Source of the DNA: a virus
Direction: 5' to 3' (one strand)
DNA: 64,000 nt
Virus record (IMG/VR): IMGVR_UViG_3300043411_001170
Coordinates: 1 to 64,000 of that record
Part shown: piece after piece, positions 10,545 through 20,531 of the stretch
How positions within the stretch are numbered: the first letter of the stretch is position 1
Layout: every line of letters begins with the position of its first letter
Notes under the pieces: model-generated
Database searches by the model: none
Seen by the model: only the letters and a program-made list of their open reading frames with translations
Told to the model about the DNA's origin: nothing
Program-made: the position numbers and the translations under genes

Positions 10545-11033
10545 ATGAAAGGAAGATTGTCGTTCACCGATGTTAAAAACGCATTAGGTGAAGAAAATGC
10601 TGTAATGGTATTATTGTCGAAGAAATTCTCATTAGAGAATGAAAAACTAGAGATACTAGATAAAATAAAAGAACTAGACAGTGAATCAGAATATATCGAC
10701 TCACAGATAGATATAATGGAAAAAGAAAAATCTGACATTAAAATGTTAGAGACTTTTCTAAACAAAGAATATGGTGGATACGATACACCGACTTCTTATA
10801 GAGAGAGTTTGATTTATTCTTTTTTGGATAAACTAGAAGCTGAGAAAATATACGAGGTATCTTCTGTAGAAATAAAAAATAGAGTATTTCCGACAGAATC
10901 AGATAACAAGGCAATACCTTCTATAATTGGTAAAGCAATAGAGAAATCTGGACGATGGGTAGCAAGGAGGAAAAAAGTTGCGGGTAAGGAATTCACACTT
11001 TACTGCTTCTTTCTCAACAAAAAGTCAAGGTAA
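10545..11033 (+). CDS. coiled-coil protein with possible C-terminal winged-helix domain
   Basis: heptad-like N-half; C-half helices followed by a basic hairpin (WVARRKKVAGKEFTLY). Confidence 0.5.
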   Translation: MKGRLSFTDVKNALGEENAVMVLLSKKFSLENEKLEILDKIKELDSESEYIDSQIDIMEKEKSDIKMLETFLNKEYGGYDTPTSYRESLIYSFLDKLEAEKIYEVSSVEIKNRVFPTESDNKAIPSIIGKAIEKSGRWVARRKKVAGKEFTLYCFFLNKKSR

Positions 11034-11035
11034 GT

Positions 11036-11524
11036 ATGAAAATAAAAATAGAAGTCGATTCACAAATAATCACTGTCCCAGAAAATTACTCAAACAGGGT
11101 CGTAAATCTGCTTTTCTCAGAATTGAAAAGTACGATGGACATGGATACTAAATTATTAAATGGTCGTATTGACCATCTTAAAGAAAGAAAAGAAGAAGTC
11201 ATGGAATTGAAAAAAGTATATCTCAAGAATCTAAAAATCACAAATCAATTTTTATCCGAAATTGATAATGAAATAGACTCATTTAATCTAGGTGGATCTG
11301 TAATTAGTATTAAAGATGTCGATAGTGTACGACTCTACTTAGAAGAAGCTTTGAAACAAAATAAAGATTTTGTTAAAAGTGCAGATCTAGCATCTGTTGT
11401 GAATATTAAGAATGTGTCTGGACGAGCTTACTCTAAAATTACTACTATTATCGCAAAATTTTTCCCAGACTGGAAAAAGGCATACTATTCAGGTGCTAGA
11501 GGATACAGATTTTGTAAAAATTAG
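11036..11524 (+). CDS. coiled-coil protein with possible C-terminal winged-helix domain
   Basis: same length (162 aa) and architecture as 10545..11033 (WKKAYYSGARGYR wing). Confidence 0.5.
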   Translation: MKIKIEVDSQIITVPENYSNRVVNLLFSELKSTMDMDTKLLNGRIDHLKERKEEVMELKKVYLKNLKITNQFLSEIDNEIDSFNLGGSVISIKDVDSVRLYLEEALKQNKDFVKSADLASVVNIKNVSGRAYSKITTIIAKFFPDWKKAYYSGARGYRFCKN

Positions 11525-11596
11525 TACAAATACTCTATAATTTAAGTACCATCACAATATGATGGTATACAAGACAATAAAAAACTGAAGGTACAA

Positions 11597-12790
11597 GTGA
11601 TGAAGAAGACAAAGAAAGCAGAAAGTACCCAAGAAAACAAAATACAAGATACTGCTCCTACAGAGACGGTGTCAGATCAGCAGTTGGAGTCCAATTTCGA
11701 GTATATCGTAAAACATCTGACAAGGGGAACATACAATAATAATTATTTTAGACTCCTGTTGAATTCTGTATTTAATGGGAAAATTTATAGAGAGTATGCA
11801 GATTTTCTAAGACGATCTACCGTTTACGGCTTTATAAAGAACTTCTTATACGATAGTTGCTATCAGTATGAAACCGTTCATACAGGTAGAAGGGAAAAAC
11901 CTGATAGGATCAGGATCTTTTCTCTTTCCTTTATGAAGGAACTAAATATTGATATTACCATGAACTATGTCAAGGTATTTTTCAATATTTTTGAGACTAT
12001 AAATAGGATGTCGGATACGGAAAAATATGTATATCCTAGCAGAGGACATTTAAATGCCTCTAATCTCCTCGTTCTAAATCAGGACGAAGATATTGCCCTA
12101 TATAATACTGTATACCAATTATTGAGAGATTTTCCTATCGTAAGCAGTGTTAAAACATTATCTGTCGGTAATCTAAAGAATAATTACCTATTTATTAATG
12201 AGTTGGCAAAAAATATTCCTCTTGGACCTTGGTTATCTTTTGATGCTGTGCCTACAAAAGATAACGAGGCTCATTTGTCAAAGGTTCTTGAAAAGTACCA
12301 AGATCTTTTTCGATGGAAAAACTATAAGGGATTCTTTGTAGATCCTTGGAAATATGTATATGGTACTCTCAAAAATTCTAAGGCAGATTCATTTGATTTC
12401 AATAAGTTTTCTTATTTTGAGAAGGCAATTAATTCGTACTATAAGTTATGTGTAAATAGTGGAAATATTCATTGTGTAAAACCTATTATCGATTTTTTCA
12501 ATTCCGATGAGTTTTCAGACGAAAATTTATTGAAAGTCTATGAATTAATCGAAAAGGGATTTGCTACAAAGAAAGTATCAGAGAAGCAGGCTGTTGAAGT
12601 TAATTGGCGTTCTATGTTAGATGTGATTATTTTGATTGCTGGTGATTATCAAGAAATCCGTAACAACGCTCCTATTGACAGAACACCAAATGAAAAAACT
12701 TTTACTGATTATTACTTAAAATCTAATATAGAGAAGGTAATAGATAGAGTATCTATTTTTAGAAGGGATGTTCTAAAGGTAGTCGGATAA
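11597..12790 (+). CDS. hypothetical protein, possibly FtsH ternary system X6-like
   Basis: 397 aa helical ORF directly upstream of the X5-like gene; only weak recalled resemblance to X6. Confidence 0.4.
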   Translation: MMKKTKKAESTQENKIQDTAPTETVSDQQLESNFEYIVKHLTRGTYNNNYFRLLLNSVFNGKIYREYADFLRRSTVYGFIKNFLYDSCYQYETVHTGRREKPDRIRIFSLSFMKELNIDITMNYVKVFFNIFETINRMSDTEKYVYPSRGHLNASNLLVLNQDEDIALYNTVYQLLRDFPIVSSVKTLSVGNLKNNYLFINELAKNIPLGPWLSFDAVPTKDNEAHLSKVLEKYQDLFRWKNYKGFFVDPWKYVYGTLKNSKADSFDFNKFSYFEKAINSYYKLCVNSGNIHCVKPIIDFFNSDEFSDENLLKVYELIEKGFATKKVSEKQAVEVNWRSMLDVIILIAGDYQEIRNNAPIDRTPNEKTFTDYYLKSNIEKVIDRVSIFRRDVLKVVG

Positions 12791-12857
12791 ACTCTATCTA
12801 ACAATATGTGTCTAAGACTTGTTCTAGTAAAACCAGAAAAGAGAGAAGGAAAATCAA

Positions 12858-13430
12858 ATGAGCCAAGTATATCAAATCCGTCTTGAAGGCAACGTCACCC
12901 AAAATATCTGCATCGATGACCACATGACTCATCGTGTAGAATTGACGGACATTCTCACCACAGGTGAAATGAACGAAATCCTCAAGCAAGAACTTCTGAA
13001 GCAAGGTTGGAAACAACAAGGTGATAACGTCTTTGTAAAAGAAGAAGACGGTGAGAAGGTAGAATGGGACGTTGAAAGCGGTGAAGTTAAAGCAAAGATG
13101 AGGAAAGAACAAGAAGTATCTATCGATGTTGAAGTTACGGGATCTTCTGGAAATAGATCTGCTGCACATGAAAATGCAGAACGTGCTCTCAAGCAGAAAA
13201 AAGCAGATGCAGCCCTGAAGATTGCAGATCAACAACAGAAAGAACTCGAAAAGATTTCTGCCGAACTTCAAAAGAACGAAAAAGAACGCACTAGAAAAAT
13301 CAATGGAGTACTTTCTCGTGTTTATACAGAAGCCTTGCAGAAGAAAGCTGCTTCATTAGGCTCTATCACAAGCGTTGAAGAAAGCCAACTTGGTGACAAC
13401 CACCAAGTAATCATCCGAGTAGAAGCCTAA
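12858..13430 (+). CDS. FtsH ternary system domain X5-like protein
   Basis: MSQVYQIRL..DDHMTHRVELTDIL..EMNEILKQEL..QGW and C-terminal YTEALQKKAASLGSITSVEE..IIRVE match the recalled X5 pattern. Confidence 0.65.
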   Translation: MSQVYQIRLEGNVTQNICIDDHMTHRVELTDILTTGEMNEILKQELLKQGWKQQGDNVFVKEEDGEKVEWDVESGEVKAKMRKEQEVSIDVEVTGSSGNRSAAHENAERALKQKKADAALKIADQQQKELEKISAELQKNEKERTRKINGVLSRVYTEALQKKAASLGSITSVEESQLGDNHQVIIRVEA

Positions 13431-13436
13431 AAATAG

Positions 13437-13479
13437 CCCCTCAGTTTATTGTCCTTATTTAATAAACTGAGGGGTTTTT
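13437..13479 (+). terminator. intrinsic terminator
   Basis: 14-bp stem CCCCTCAGTTTATT/AATAAACTGAGGGG followed by T-tract. Confidence 0.85.
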
Positions 13480-13497
13480 GTATTTAAGGGAGGACAG

Positions 13498-14016
13498 ATG
13501 GAACCGTTAAATAACTACGAAGAATATAGAGAAAATTTCGATTATTTATGGAATGATCTTGATTACAAGTCAAAGTATTTATTATTAAATAATGATGAAT
13601 GGAGAAATTTGGCAGAAAGTTCTTTTACTTTATTTTCAATTTTAATATTAAAAAACAAAAACAGTGATACTCAAATATTAGATTTCTTCCGCTATAAAAA
13701 ATTGGACCGAAATTTTATCGAATTTCTACTTATGAGTATACCTGATACAGAATCTGTAAAGTACATTCTGAATGATGCAGAAGAAAATCAAGAAATAGTA
13801 ATGGCTATGGTTATAAAGTTGGTACAGTTTTGGTGGGTTTCTGAATACTTTAATGAAATTTTTCCTTTCCATTGTGAACATATAAAAGATCAAGTATTAG
13901 AATCTTTACATTGGATTGTTCAGACAGAAAACACTTCAGAATATAGTTTAGTAAGTATCACCATCAAACAATTTGTGGAAACGATACGTGAATCTATTAA
14001 CAATCTTTTCATCTAA
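13498..14016 (+). CDS. hypothetical protein
   Basis: 172 aa, GGAGG RBS. Confidence 0.7.
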   Translation: MEPLNNYEEYRENFDYLWNDLDYKSKYLLLNNDEWRNLAESSFTLFSILILKNKNSDTQILDFFRYKKLDRNFIEFLLMSIPDTESVKYILNDAEENQEIVMAMVIKLVQFWWVSEYFNEIFPFHCEHIKDQVLESLHWIVQTENTSEYSLVSITIKQFVETIRESINNLFI

Positions 14017-14030
14017 AGAGTTATTAAAAA

Positions 14031-14753
14031 ATGTCTAAAAAAGTACAGAAACAACTAGACAAGGTAGTATCCATTTCAGATACCCATTTTGGTATACAAG
14101 ACCAAAATGCCATAAATACTGTGCTTTCATTTGTAAGGCATGAAAAGCCACAAACTGTCGTACTAAACGGTGATATTTTAGATACACACAGTCTTTCAGA
14201 TTTCTTGAAAGACCCTACTAGATCAGAGTCTTTTAAAGACGAAGTAGAGATGACAAAAGATTTCTTAGCAAGTCTAAGAATGATCGTTCCAAATGCTACA
14301 ATAAAGTTCATAGAAGGAAACCATGAGGACAGACTAAGAAAGTTTTTATGGAAACATCCTAGTATTTTTGCAGTAAAGGAATTGACCTTTCAGTCACTAC
14401 TTCAACTAGATCAACTAAATATAGAATGGTTTGCATACGGTGAACACTATATTTATAAGGGATGTGTGTTTACACATGGATCAAGAGTGTCGAAAAGTTG
14501 TGCGTTAGATAACTTACAATCGTATGGTAATAGTGGAACCTCTGGACATACCCATAGGCTATCCATGTCTAGCAAAACAGTATTGGGACGCACTCTATAT
14601 TGGGTAGAATCTGGATGTCTATGCAGTCTAAAGCCTGACTTTATTAAGGGTGTTGCTGACTGGCAACATGGATTTGCTTTTGGATGGTGTGTAGGATCTG
14701 ATGATAATCTTATTCTAAAACCTATGAGAGTTGTAGATTCTGATGTTTTCTAA
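14031..14753 (+). CDS. calcineurin-like metallophosphoesterase
   Basis: DTH, GDILD, GNHE, HG and GHTHR motifs. Confidence 0.9.
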   Translation: MSKKVQKQLDKVVSISDTHFGIQDQNAINTVLSFVRHEKPQTVVLNGDILDTHSLSDFLKDPTRSESFKDEVEMTKDFLASLRMIVPNATIKFIEGNHEDRLRKFLWKHPSIFAVKELTFQSLLQLDQLNIEWFAYGEHYIYKGCVFTHGSRVSKSCALDNLQSYGNSGTSGHTHRLSMSSKTVLGRTLYWVESGCLCSLKPDFIKGVADWQHGFAFGWCVGSDDNLILKPMRVVDSDVF

Positions 14754-14767
14754 AAAAGAGTAGGCAA

Positions 14768-15256
14768 ATGTCTAAGAAGACAGTGGTACTGAATTTTTCA
14801 TACGATCCATTAAGAGAAATAACGTGGCAAAAAGCAGTGACACTTATATTTCTTAATAAAGCAGAAGTGATCTCAAATCACGACAAATTTATAGCAAGTC
14901 CATCAATAAAAATGCAAATCCCTGCCATAATCAGATTAACTTCTCAAGTTAAATGGAAATGGACTTCTACAAGATTCAGCCGTCAAAATGTCTTTAGAAG
15001 AGATAAGTTCAGATGTCAGTATTGTGGAACAAAGCATACAGCGTCTGAACTTACCTTTGACCATGTTGTTCCAAAAAGTATCGGTGGAAAAACTGGTTGG
15101 TATAATATAGTGTCAGCTTGTAAAGCATGTAACCAGAAAAAAGGTGATAGGACGCCTCAACAAGCAAATATGACTCTATTATCTGATCCAAAGCCTCCTA
15201 AAATATCACTGCACCAATTTTCTGAATTTATAGAAGATACGCCAGAAACCGAATAA
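14768..15256 (+). CDS. HNH endonuclease
   Basis: RRDKFRCQYCG..TFDHVVPKSIGG..NIVSACKACNQKKG. Confidence 0.92.
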   Translation: MSKKTVVLNFSYDPLREITWQKAVTLIFLNKAEVISNHDKFIASPSIKMQIPAIIRLTSQVKWKWTSTRFSRQNVFRRDKFRCQYCGTKHTASELTFDHVVPKSIGGKTGWYNIVSACKACNQKKGDRTPQQANMTLLSDPKPPKISLHQFSEFIEDTPETE

Positions 15257-15269
15257 ATATTATTAACTA

Positions 15270-15302
15270 AGGCTCCTTAACTGGAGCCTATTTTATTTTT
15301 TT
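15270..15302 (+). terminator. intrinsic terminator
   Basis: AGGCTCC/GGAGCCT stem followed by T-tract. Confidence 0.75.
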
Positions 15303-15306
15303 ACCT

Positions 15307-15828
15307 ATGCAATACGTAAAACAATTTATAGATAACTGCTTACTAACTGAGAATAATATCACAACACCTATTTATGATATTATATATAGTTACTCCTACT
15401 GGTTAACTAGATGCTACATAGGAAAACTAATAAATCCAACATCAGAATATAAATGGAAGTCGATTCTAAAATCTAACGGATTTATAGTAAATAATGATAT
15501 TATATTAAACGGTATGATTAAAGAGGAAGAAGATTGGGAGTACGTTTCTAGTATACAGTATAATTGTTTTATCTATTTAATAGAAAATACAGACACAGGT
15601 CATATTAAGATTGGCGTTTCTCGTAAACCTCATCGTAGGCTAAAACAATTACAGACAGGTAATCATATCCCTTTAAAGATGCTTGGTACTATACAAGTAG
15701 GGAATGCTTTTGAAGTAGAGTCTATTATTCATAAAGTATTTTCTAAATCCCGTGTTCATGGGGAATGGTTTAATATAAACCGTGATGAAATAGACTATTT
15801 AAGTAGTTATTTTTTAGAAAGTAAATAA
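15307..15828 (+). CDS. GIY-YIG (T5orf172/Mug113-like) nuclease with N-terminal winged-helix-like domain
   Basis: IYLI..IKIGVSRKPHRRLKQLQTGN..E..IH..GEWF. Confidence 0.85.
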   Translation: MQYVKQFIDNCLLTENNITTPIYDIIYSYSYWLTRCYIGKLINPTSEYKWKSILKSNGFIVNNDIILNGMIKEEEDWEYVSSIQYNCFIYLIENTDTGHIKIGVSRKPHRRLKQLQTGNHIPLKMLGTIQVGNAFEVESIIHKVFSKSRVHGEWFNINRDEIDYLSSYFLESK

Positions 15829-15875
15829 ACTGCTTTTTTGATACTATGCAGTTACTTAATTTTTAAGAGGTTATT

Positions 15876-16814
15876 ATGCTGAGAGAATTATTAGAAAAGA
15901 AAAAATTAGAACTTAAAAGCGAAGATGTCCAAGAGGAAATAAAAACAGTAATCGAATCATATGTATCACAGAAAATCAAAAATCTATTTCTGAGTAATTT
16001 TTTTACAATTGGATCGTTATTTAAGAATACTATAAAGGGAACAGATGAGGAACAGACTAAAGTTATACAACTATTATTTGCTTTTTCTTATGCGTGTCTT
16101 GCTGGACAAGGAGCAGTTAATAGGATTATGTTTGGCGTCCCTATCGAAATATCAGATAACATAGTTAAGACCTCATTTAGTGAAGTTGTCTATGTAAATA
16201 GACCAGAAGAACCACCTACACCGAAGAAATTATCGTTATCTGTTTTTAGTACCTACATTAATGTGATCAAAGAGATCAATACTAATTTAGAATTGGATCA
16301 TTTAAAAATGGTATCTGATTTTGATAGTATCTGTACAGATCATTTTAATAATGATCCTAGAGCAGCATTACATTATGCCAGTCATTTATTTGAATCAACT
16401 CTCGTTGTCTACACACGTCTTTCAGCTACTCTTTTACTAAGAGCCTTATCTGATGTGAACAGTGCAAGTATTTTAGAAACGTTTAATAAGTTATACATGA
16501 AATCAAAGATAAAACAGATGAAGGTCATAAACAAGCAGTTTGACAATTTAATTATTACTGAGGATACGTATACTGGTGAGACTGCTATAGATGAAAAAAT
16601 TATTGATTCATCTGGAATTTTTAAAGAAGTAAAGAACGATGATATTACCAATTTATACTGTCAAGAAGCCTTATTGAGAAAATGTGAGACATCAAATGTT
16701 AAGATAATCGACGAGTCTATCACAGGCAATTTTAAACATTTATCAAAGCATTTGAATATTCATTTTAAAGCAGCCCGTAGTAAGGTAAATCCTTCTAAGT
16801 TTTATATGAATTAA
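15876..16814 (+). CDS. hypothetical protein
   Basis: 312 aa, GAGG RBS. Confidence 0.7.
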   Translation: MLRELLEKKKLELKSEDVQEEIKTVIESYVSQKIKNLFLSNFFTIGSLFKNTIKGTDEEQTKVIQLLFAFSYACLAGQGAVNRIMFGVPIEISDNIVKTSFSEVVYVNRPEEPPTPKKLSLSVFSTYINVIKEINTNLELDHLKMVSDFDSICTDHFNNDPRAALHYASHLFESTLVVYTRLSATLLLRALSDVNSASILETFNKLYMKSKIKQMKVINKQFDNLIITEDTYTGETAIDEKIIDSSGIFKEVKNDDITNLYCQEALLRKCETSNVKIIDESITGNFKHLSKHLNIHFKAARSKVNPSKFYMN

Positions 16815-16830
16815 TTGTCTTTAAATCGTT

Positions 16831-16890
16831 TTGATCAGTATACGATAAATATAGTATAATAGGTGTAGGCAGCAGTGTGGTTGCCTACAC
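16831..16890 (+). promoter_or_regulatory. sigma70-like promoter followed by 5' leader hairpin
   Basis: TTGATC (16831) - 18 nt - TATAAT (16855), then hairpin GTGTAGGCAGC/GTTGCCTACAC. Confidence 0.5.
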
Positions 16891-16922
16891 GAAACCGAAA
16901 AAGAAAGAAGAAGGAATAGAGT

Positions 16923-17291
16923 ATGCGTAAAGCAGATTTGAAAGCAACTGGCCTGTACATTTGTCGTGAATCCCTTAAAAGCCCTGATTCTCCTCGCGTT
17001 TTAGCGAAACTTGCACAATCTACGGGTGAAGGAGAGGGAGATCGTTCGGTTAACTTGATGGTAGTTAAAAATCCAAGAGGACAACACTCTGTTGGGTCTA
17101 CTTTCAAGGTTGCAGTTGCACAGATTACTACAGAATATACAGGGTCTGTAGAGGAATTTTCCGAGTCGATGGCTCTAAAGCTGGAAAGTCAACGGAAAGA
17201 GAGGGAAGAAAAGTTTGCTCTTGATCTTCCAATGATTAAGGAAATTTACCTAGATGATCCTGAAACATTCAGGAATCTACTTAATCTTTAA
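16923..17291 (+). CDS. hypothetical protein
   Basis: 122 aa, own promoter, RBS and downstream terminator. Confidence 0.7.
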   Translation: MRKADLKATGLYICRESLKSPDSPRVLAKLAQSTGEGEGDRSVNLMVVKNPRGQHSVGSTFKVAVAQITTEYTGSVEEFSESMALKLESQRKEREEKFALDLPMIKEIYLDDPETFRNLLNL

Positions 17292-17325
17292 TCTCAGACT
17301 AAAAATAAAATAAAAACAGACGATG

Positions 17326-17357
17326 AAGGCACATTTATTTTGTGCCTTTTCTATTTT
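17326..17357 (+). terminator. intrinsic terminator
   Basis: AAGGCACA/TGTGCCTT stem followed by T-rich tail. Confidence 0.65.
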
Positions 17358-17367
17358 AAGAGGAAAA

Positions 17368-18783
17368 ATGAAGGTAACACTTACAAATGGTTTTGACAAT
17401 TCCTATAATAACGCTATAGCATGTGCTTACTCATGCTATTCTCCAAAAATAGTCACAGAGGAGGTTGTAGAGAAAAATCCTGAACGTAGAGATTCAGTAG
17501 CAGATTCTACTTTTAAAGCTAACCATTTTACAGTCTACCAACATGCTCACTTTCAATTTGCTATTGAAGGAGTCAGTAGACAATGTATCTGGTCTTTTTT
17601 ACATAATCAAAAATTTTACAATTCAGAACAACAGTCTCAGCGTTATGTAAAGATGAAAAGGGAGAAAGTTTATACACCTCCTTTTGTCGGAAACTTAGAC
17701 TATGATAAATTTGTCAGTCATATATTTTCGATTTATGAGGATTTATCAAAACTTTTATATCCAATAGCTTCTGAAAAATATTACAGTATTTTCAAAGCAA
17801 GAAAAAAGCATGACAATATTTATTCAAAGACGATTGAGAAGAAATGTATTGAATCTGCTAGAGCTATTCTTCCTACAGCTATGTTGAGTCATCTATATCA
17901 TACAGTAAATCTTACTACCTTACATAGATTAAGAATGGAAGCACACAAATCACAGACACCTGATGAAAGTATTCCATTAATAAAAGAAATGTGTAGACTC
18001 GTTGAAGAACGCCATCCAGGTATATTCAGAATACAGTATGAAGATCAAGATCCTATTTATTCAGAGACAGATTATAGTAGGGCTTTATTTGCAGTTTTTG
18101 AACCAGAATCAAAAATTGTAAATTTCTTACCGATTTCAGAAGAACAGTTAGTCTTTATCGCTAAAAATTATGATCCCTCTATTTTAAGTGATGACGTATA
18201 TAATAGTGTGATGCTGGATGAAGATTTATTATCGACTACAGGACAACTAAAGAATCTAGTACAATATACTTTTGAGAAATCAACTACACATTACACAGAT
18301 TCACAAGAACAACGTCATAGAGAACTTGCACAGGTACGAGGGAAAGTCAGAGAAAACGCTAGATATTCGATTCCTAACATTATACAAGAATCTACAGAGG
18401 CAACAAATAAATTTAGAGAAGGGATAGATGTCATAAGGCAGTTTATTTTTGAAGCAAATAGGTATGAAGAGAATAAAAAGTATACACAATATCTTTTACC
18501 CAATGCTGTAGAGGTTAACACCTTAACTTCTGGAAATTTATTTGGATATCTGAATAAATGGAAGATGAGACTGTGTTTAAATGCTCAAGAAGAAGCTTTT
18601 GACATAGCCATGCAGGAAATTGAACAGGTTAAAAAGATACACCCTAATCTTGGACAGTGGATCGGTGCTCCTTGTCATATAAGGAAATGGAAGGGTATAA
18701 AGCCAATTTGCCCAGAGGGTGATAGGTTTTGTGGCATACCTGTTTGGAAAGAAGATATAACCAAAGTCACAAGACTTCTTTAA
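17368..18783 (+). CDS. thyX: FAD-dependent thymidylate synthase, long double-domain type
   Basis: HFTVYQH..FAIEGVSR, NSEQQSQRYV, ESARAILP in domain 1; SQEQRHR, YLLPNA, RLCLNAQEE in domain 2; start moved to ATG 17368 (GAGG RBS). Confidence 0.85.
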   Translation: MKVTLTNGFDNSYNNAIACAYSCYSPKIVTEEVVEKNPERRDSVADSTFKANHFTVYQHAHFQFAIEGVSRQCIWSFLHNQKFYNSEQQSQRYVKMKREKVYTPPFVGNLDYDKFVSHIFSIYEDLSKLLYPIASEKYYSIFKARKKHDNIYSKTIEKKCIESARAILPTAMLSHLYHTVNLTTLHRLRMEAHKSQTPDESIPLIKEMCRLVEERHPGIFRIQYEDQDPIYSETDYSRALFAVFEPESKIVNFLPISEEQLVFIAKNYDPSILSDDVYNSVMLDEDLLSTTGQLKNLVQYTFEKSTTHYTDSQEQRHRELAQVRGKVRENARYSIPNIIQESTEATNKFREGIDVIRQFIFEANRYEENKKYTQYLLPNAVEVNTLTSGNLFGYLNKWKMRLCLNAQEEAFDIAMQEIEQVKKIHPNLGQWIGAPCHIRKWKGIKPICPEGDRFCGIPVWKEDITKVTRLL

Positions 18784-18790
18784 TTTTGAT

Positions 18791-18820
18791 AAAATGCCCT
18801 TTTATGAGGGCATTTATTTT
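18791..18820 (+). terminator. intrinsic terminator
   Basis: AAATGCCCT/AGGGCATTT stem followed by ATTTT. Confidence 0.65.
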
Positions 18821-18841
18821 CAGTCTGTAATAAGAGGAACC

Positions 18842-19342
18842 ATGAAACAGTATACGATGGACGAGAAAAGAGAAATATATAAAAAGTGGAGATCATTAAT
18901 TAATATGGATCTCTCTGAACTTGAAAAATGGTTAAAGAATCCTTGGAAAATGAAGGCATCTTTATCAAAAGATCAAGCAACTGCACATGATATTGTATCA
19001 GGGCATACATCATTTAACCAAATAATGAACATGGTAGAGATGACGTTTAAAGATTGGGAAGATGAAGACTTTTACCATGCTAGACGACATAACAGTTTTA
19101 ATTCAAGAATGTTAGGAAATAATCCAGGTAAGCCTGTGAGTTCTGATGTTCCCATGTCAAAATGGGAGATCTCATTAAGAAATTGGGGACATGACCCAAG
19201 AAAAGGAAATAGTCCAGGTAAAGATAAAGTAGAAGCGTGGTTAAAAGATTATTTTCCTGAAAAGGAAGCATCAGACAAAACCAATAATATGGTAGACATT
19301 ATAAAGATAGCAGCTATGGGGTTAAGAAATGTACATAGATAA
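18842..19342 (+). CDS. DUF3140-like protein with C-terminal KEAS/KIAA motifs
   Basis: LINMDLSELEKWL and SLRNWGHDP signatures; start moved to ATG 18842 (GAGG RBS). Confidence 0.75.
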   Translation: MKQYTMDEKREIYKKWRSLINMDLSELEKWLKNPWKMKASLSKDQATAHDIVSGHTSFNQIMNMVEMTFKDWEDEDFYHARRHNSFNSRMLGNNPGKPVSSDVPMSKWEISLRNWGHDPRKGNSPGKDKVEAWLKDYFPEKEASDKTNNMVDIIKIAAMGLRNVHR

Positions 19343-20210
19343 TGATGAACCATTGATTCAGGTGTCAAAAGATCCACTCTATGAGTTATGGATGGATAAA
19401 ATGGCAGCCGAGTCATTACCAAATGCACAAGCAGTTGTATCTTATTTAAAATCTAGGATCAGTTCTTCTTTTGAGGGTCTTTACCTAGATATTTATGTTA
19501 AGAACGACAATAACGAGGATCATGTTATAATTGATTACTTTCAGGCTTCTAGTAAACTTCCAGCAAATGAAGTTATGAAGTCATCTGTTTATGTAAAAAT
19601 TAAAATATCAGCAGATACAGGATTTAGATGGATCTCTGGGACTTCGGTTCCTGATAGAATCAGAGCAATACCTATAAGCCCTATTCCAAATATCCCTACA
19701 TTTAGAAAAAGATCTGGAAAACCTCTAAATGTTTTGAAATCTACCGTAGAATACTTTATTGCCAATCAAAGCATTTTAAAGACACCTATGGGTGGAGACA
19801 ATAAAGATCTTCTCACACCTTCAGTTTCAGATGAAGATGCTATACAGAATCCTCAAAAAAGAAAAATAAACTACATAGAGGGAAATAAACCTAAATCCCA
19901 AGTAGTAGATACGACTATAAGCGTTAATAGAACACCAGACGGTCAAGGGTTTCATCCTTGGACAAGATCAGATAAAGATCTACTACAGACTTTAGATGCA
20001 TTGGTTCCAGGATATAAACTCAAGATTAATAATCAAGAGTTTCCAATCTATGAAGTAAAGAAAGTAGAAAAAACACAGAGAGGTCTGACAGTATTTATAG
20101 CATCTCCTTCAGATAAAGCTTTATTAAAGAAAGTTCAAAATACAAAAACTCTGAAGTATGTATCGAGAGAGAGTGAAGGTCTAGTTTCTTCTATGAAAGT
20201 AAAGAAATAA
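19329..20210 (+). CDS. hypothetical protein with KxA leader (DKMAA)
   Basis: 293 aa ORF overlapping the upstream stop. Confidence 0.7.
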   Translation: MYIDNDEPLIQVSKDPLYELWMDKMAAESLPNAQAVVSYLKSRISSSFEGLYLDIYVKNDNNEDHVIIDYFQASSKLPANEVMKSSVYVKIKISADTGFRWISGTSVPDRIRAIPISPIPNIPTFRKRSGKPLNVLKSTVEYFIANQSILKTPMGGDNKDLLTPSVSDEDAIQNPQKRKINYIEGNKPKSQVVDTTISVNRTPDGQGFHPWTRSDKDLLQTLDALVPGYKLKINNQEFPIYEVKKVEKTQRGLTVFIASPSDKALLKKVQNTKTLKYVSRESEGLVSSMKVKK

Positions 20211-20235
20211 TATAAGATAGTAAATAACGGTAATA

Positions 20236-20271
20236 AAAAGGGTCACTTGTAATGAGTGACCCTTTTATTTT
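20236..20271 (+). terminator. intrinsic terminator
   Basis: AAAAGGGTCACT/AGTGACCCTTTT stem. Confidence 0.85.
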
Positions 20272-20531
20272 GTATCTTTTATCCATAATTCGTTTATAGA
20301 AAAAACATAGGTGTCACGCTTCATTTATTCTAAAAGTCCTTTCTATTTATTTAATAGAAAGTCATAAGTGAAGCAGATAATTCTTTAATAGAGTTTCTTA
20401 AGAGAGAGAGGAACTTTTTGTTAAAGAATCTTCTTCAACATGCACTCATGCTCCAATAACTAAATTATTTTGTTTTGACCTATCCACAATCCCAAGATTG
20501 TGTGAGAAGGTGTTACCCAAGGGACTTAAAA

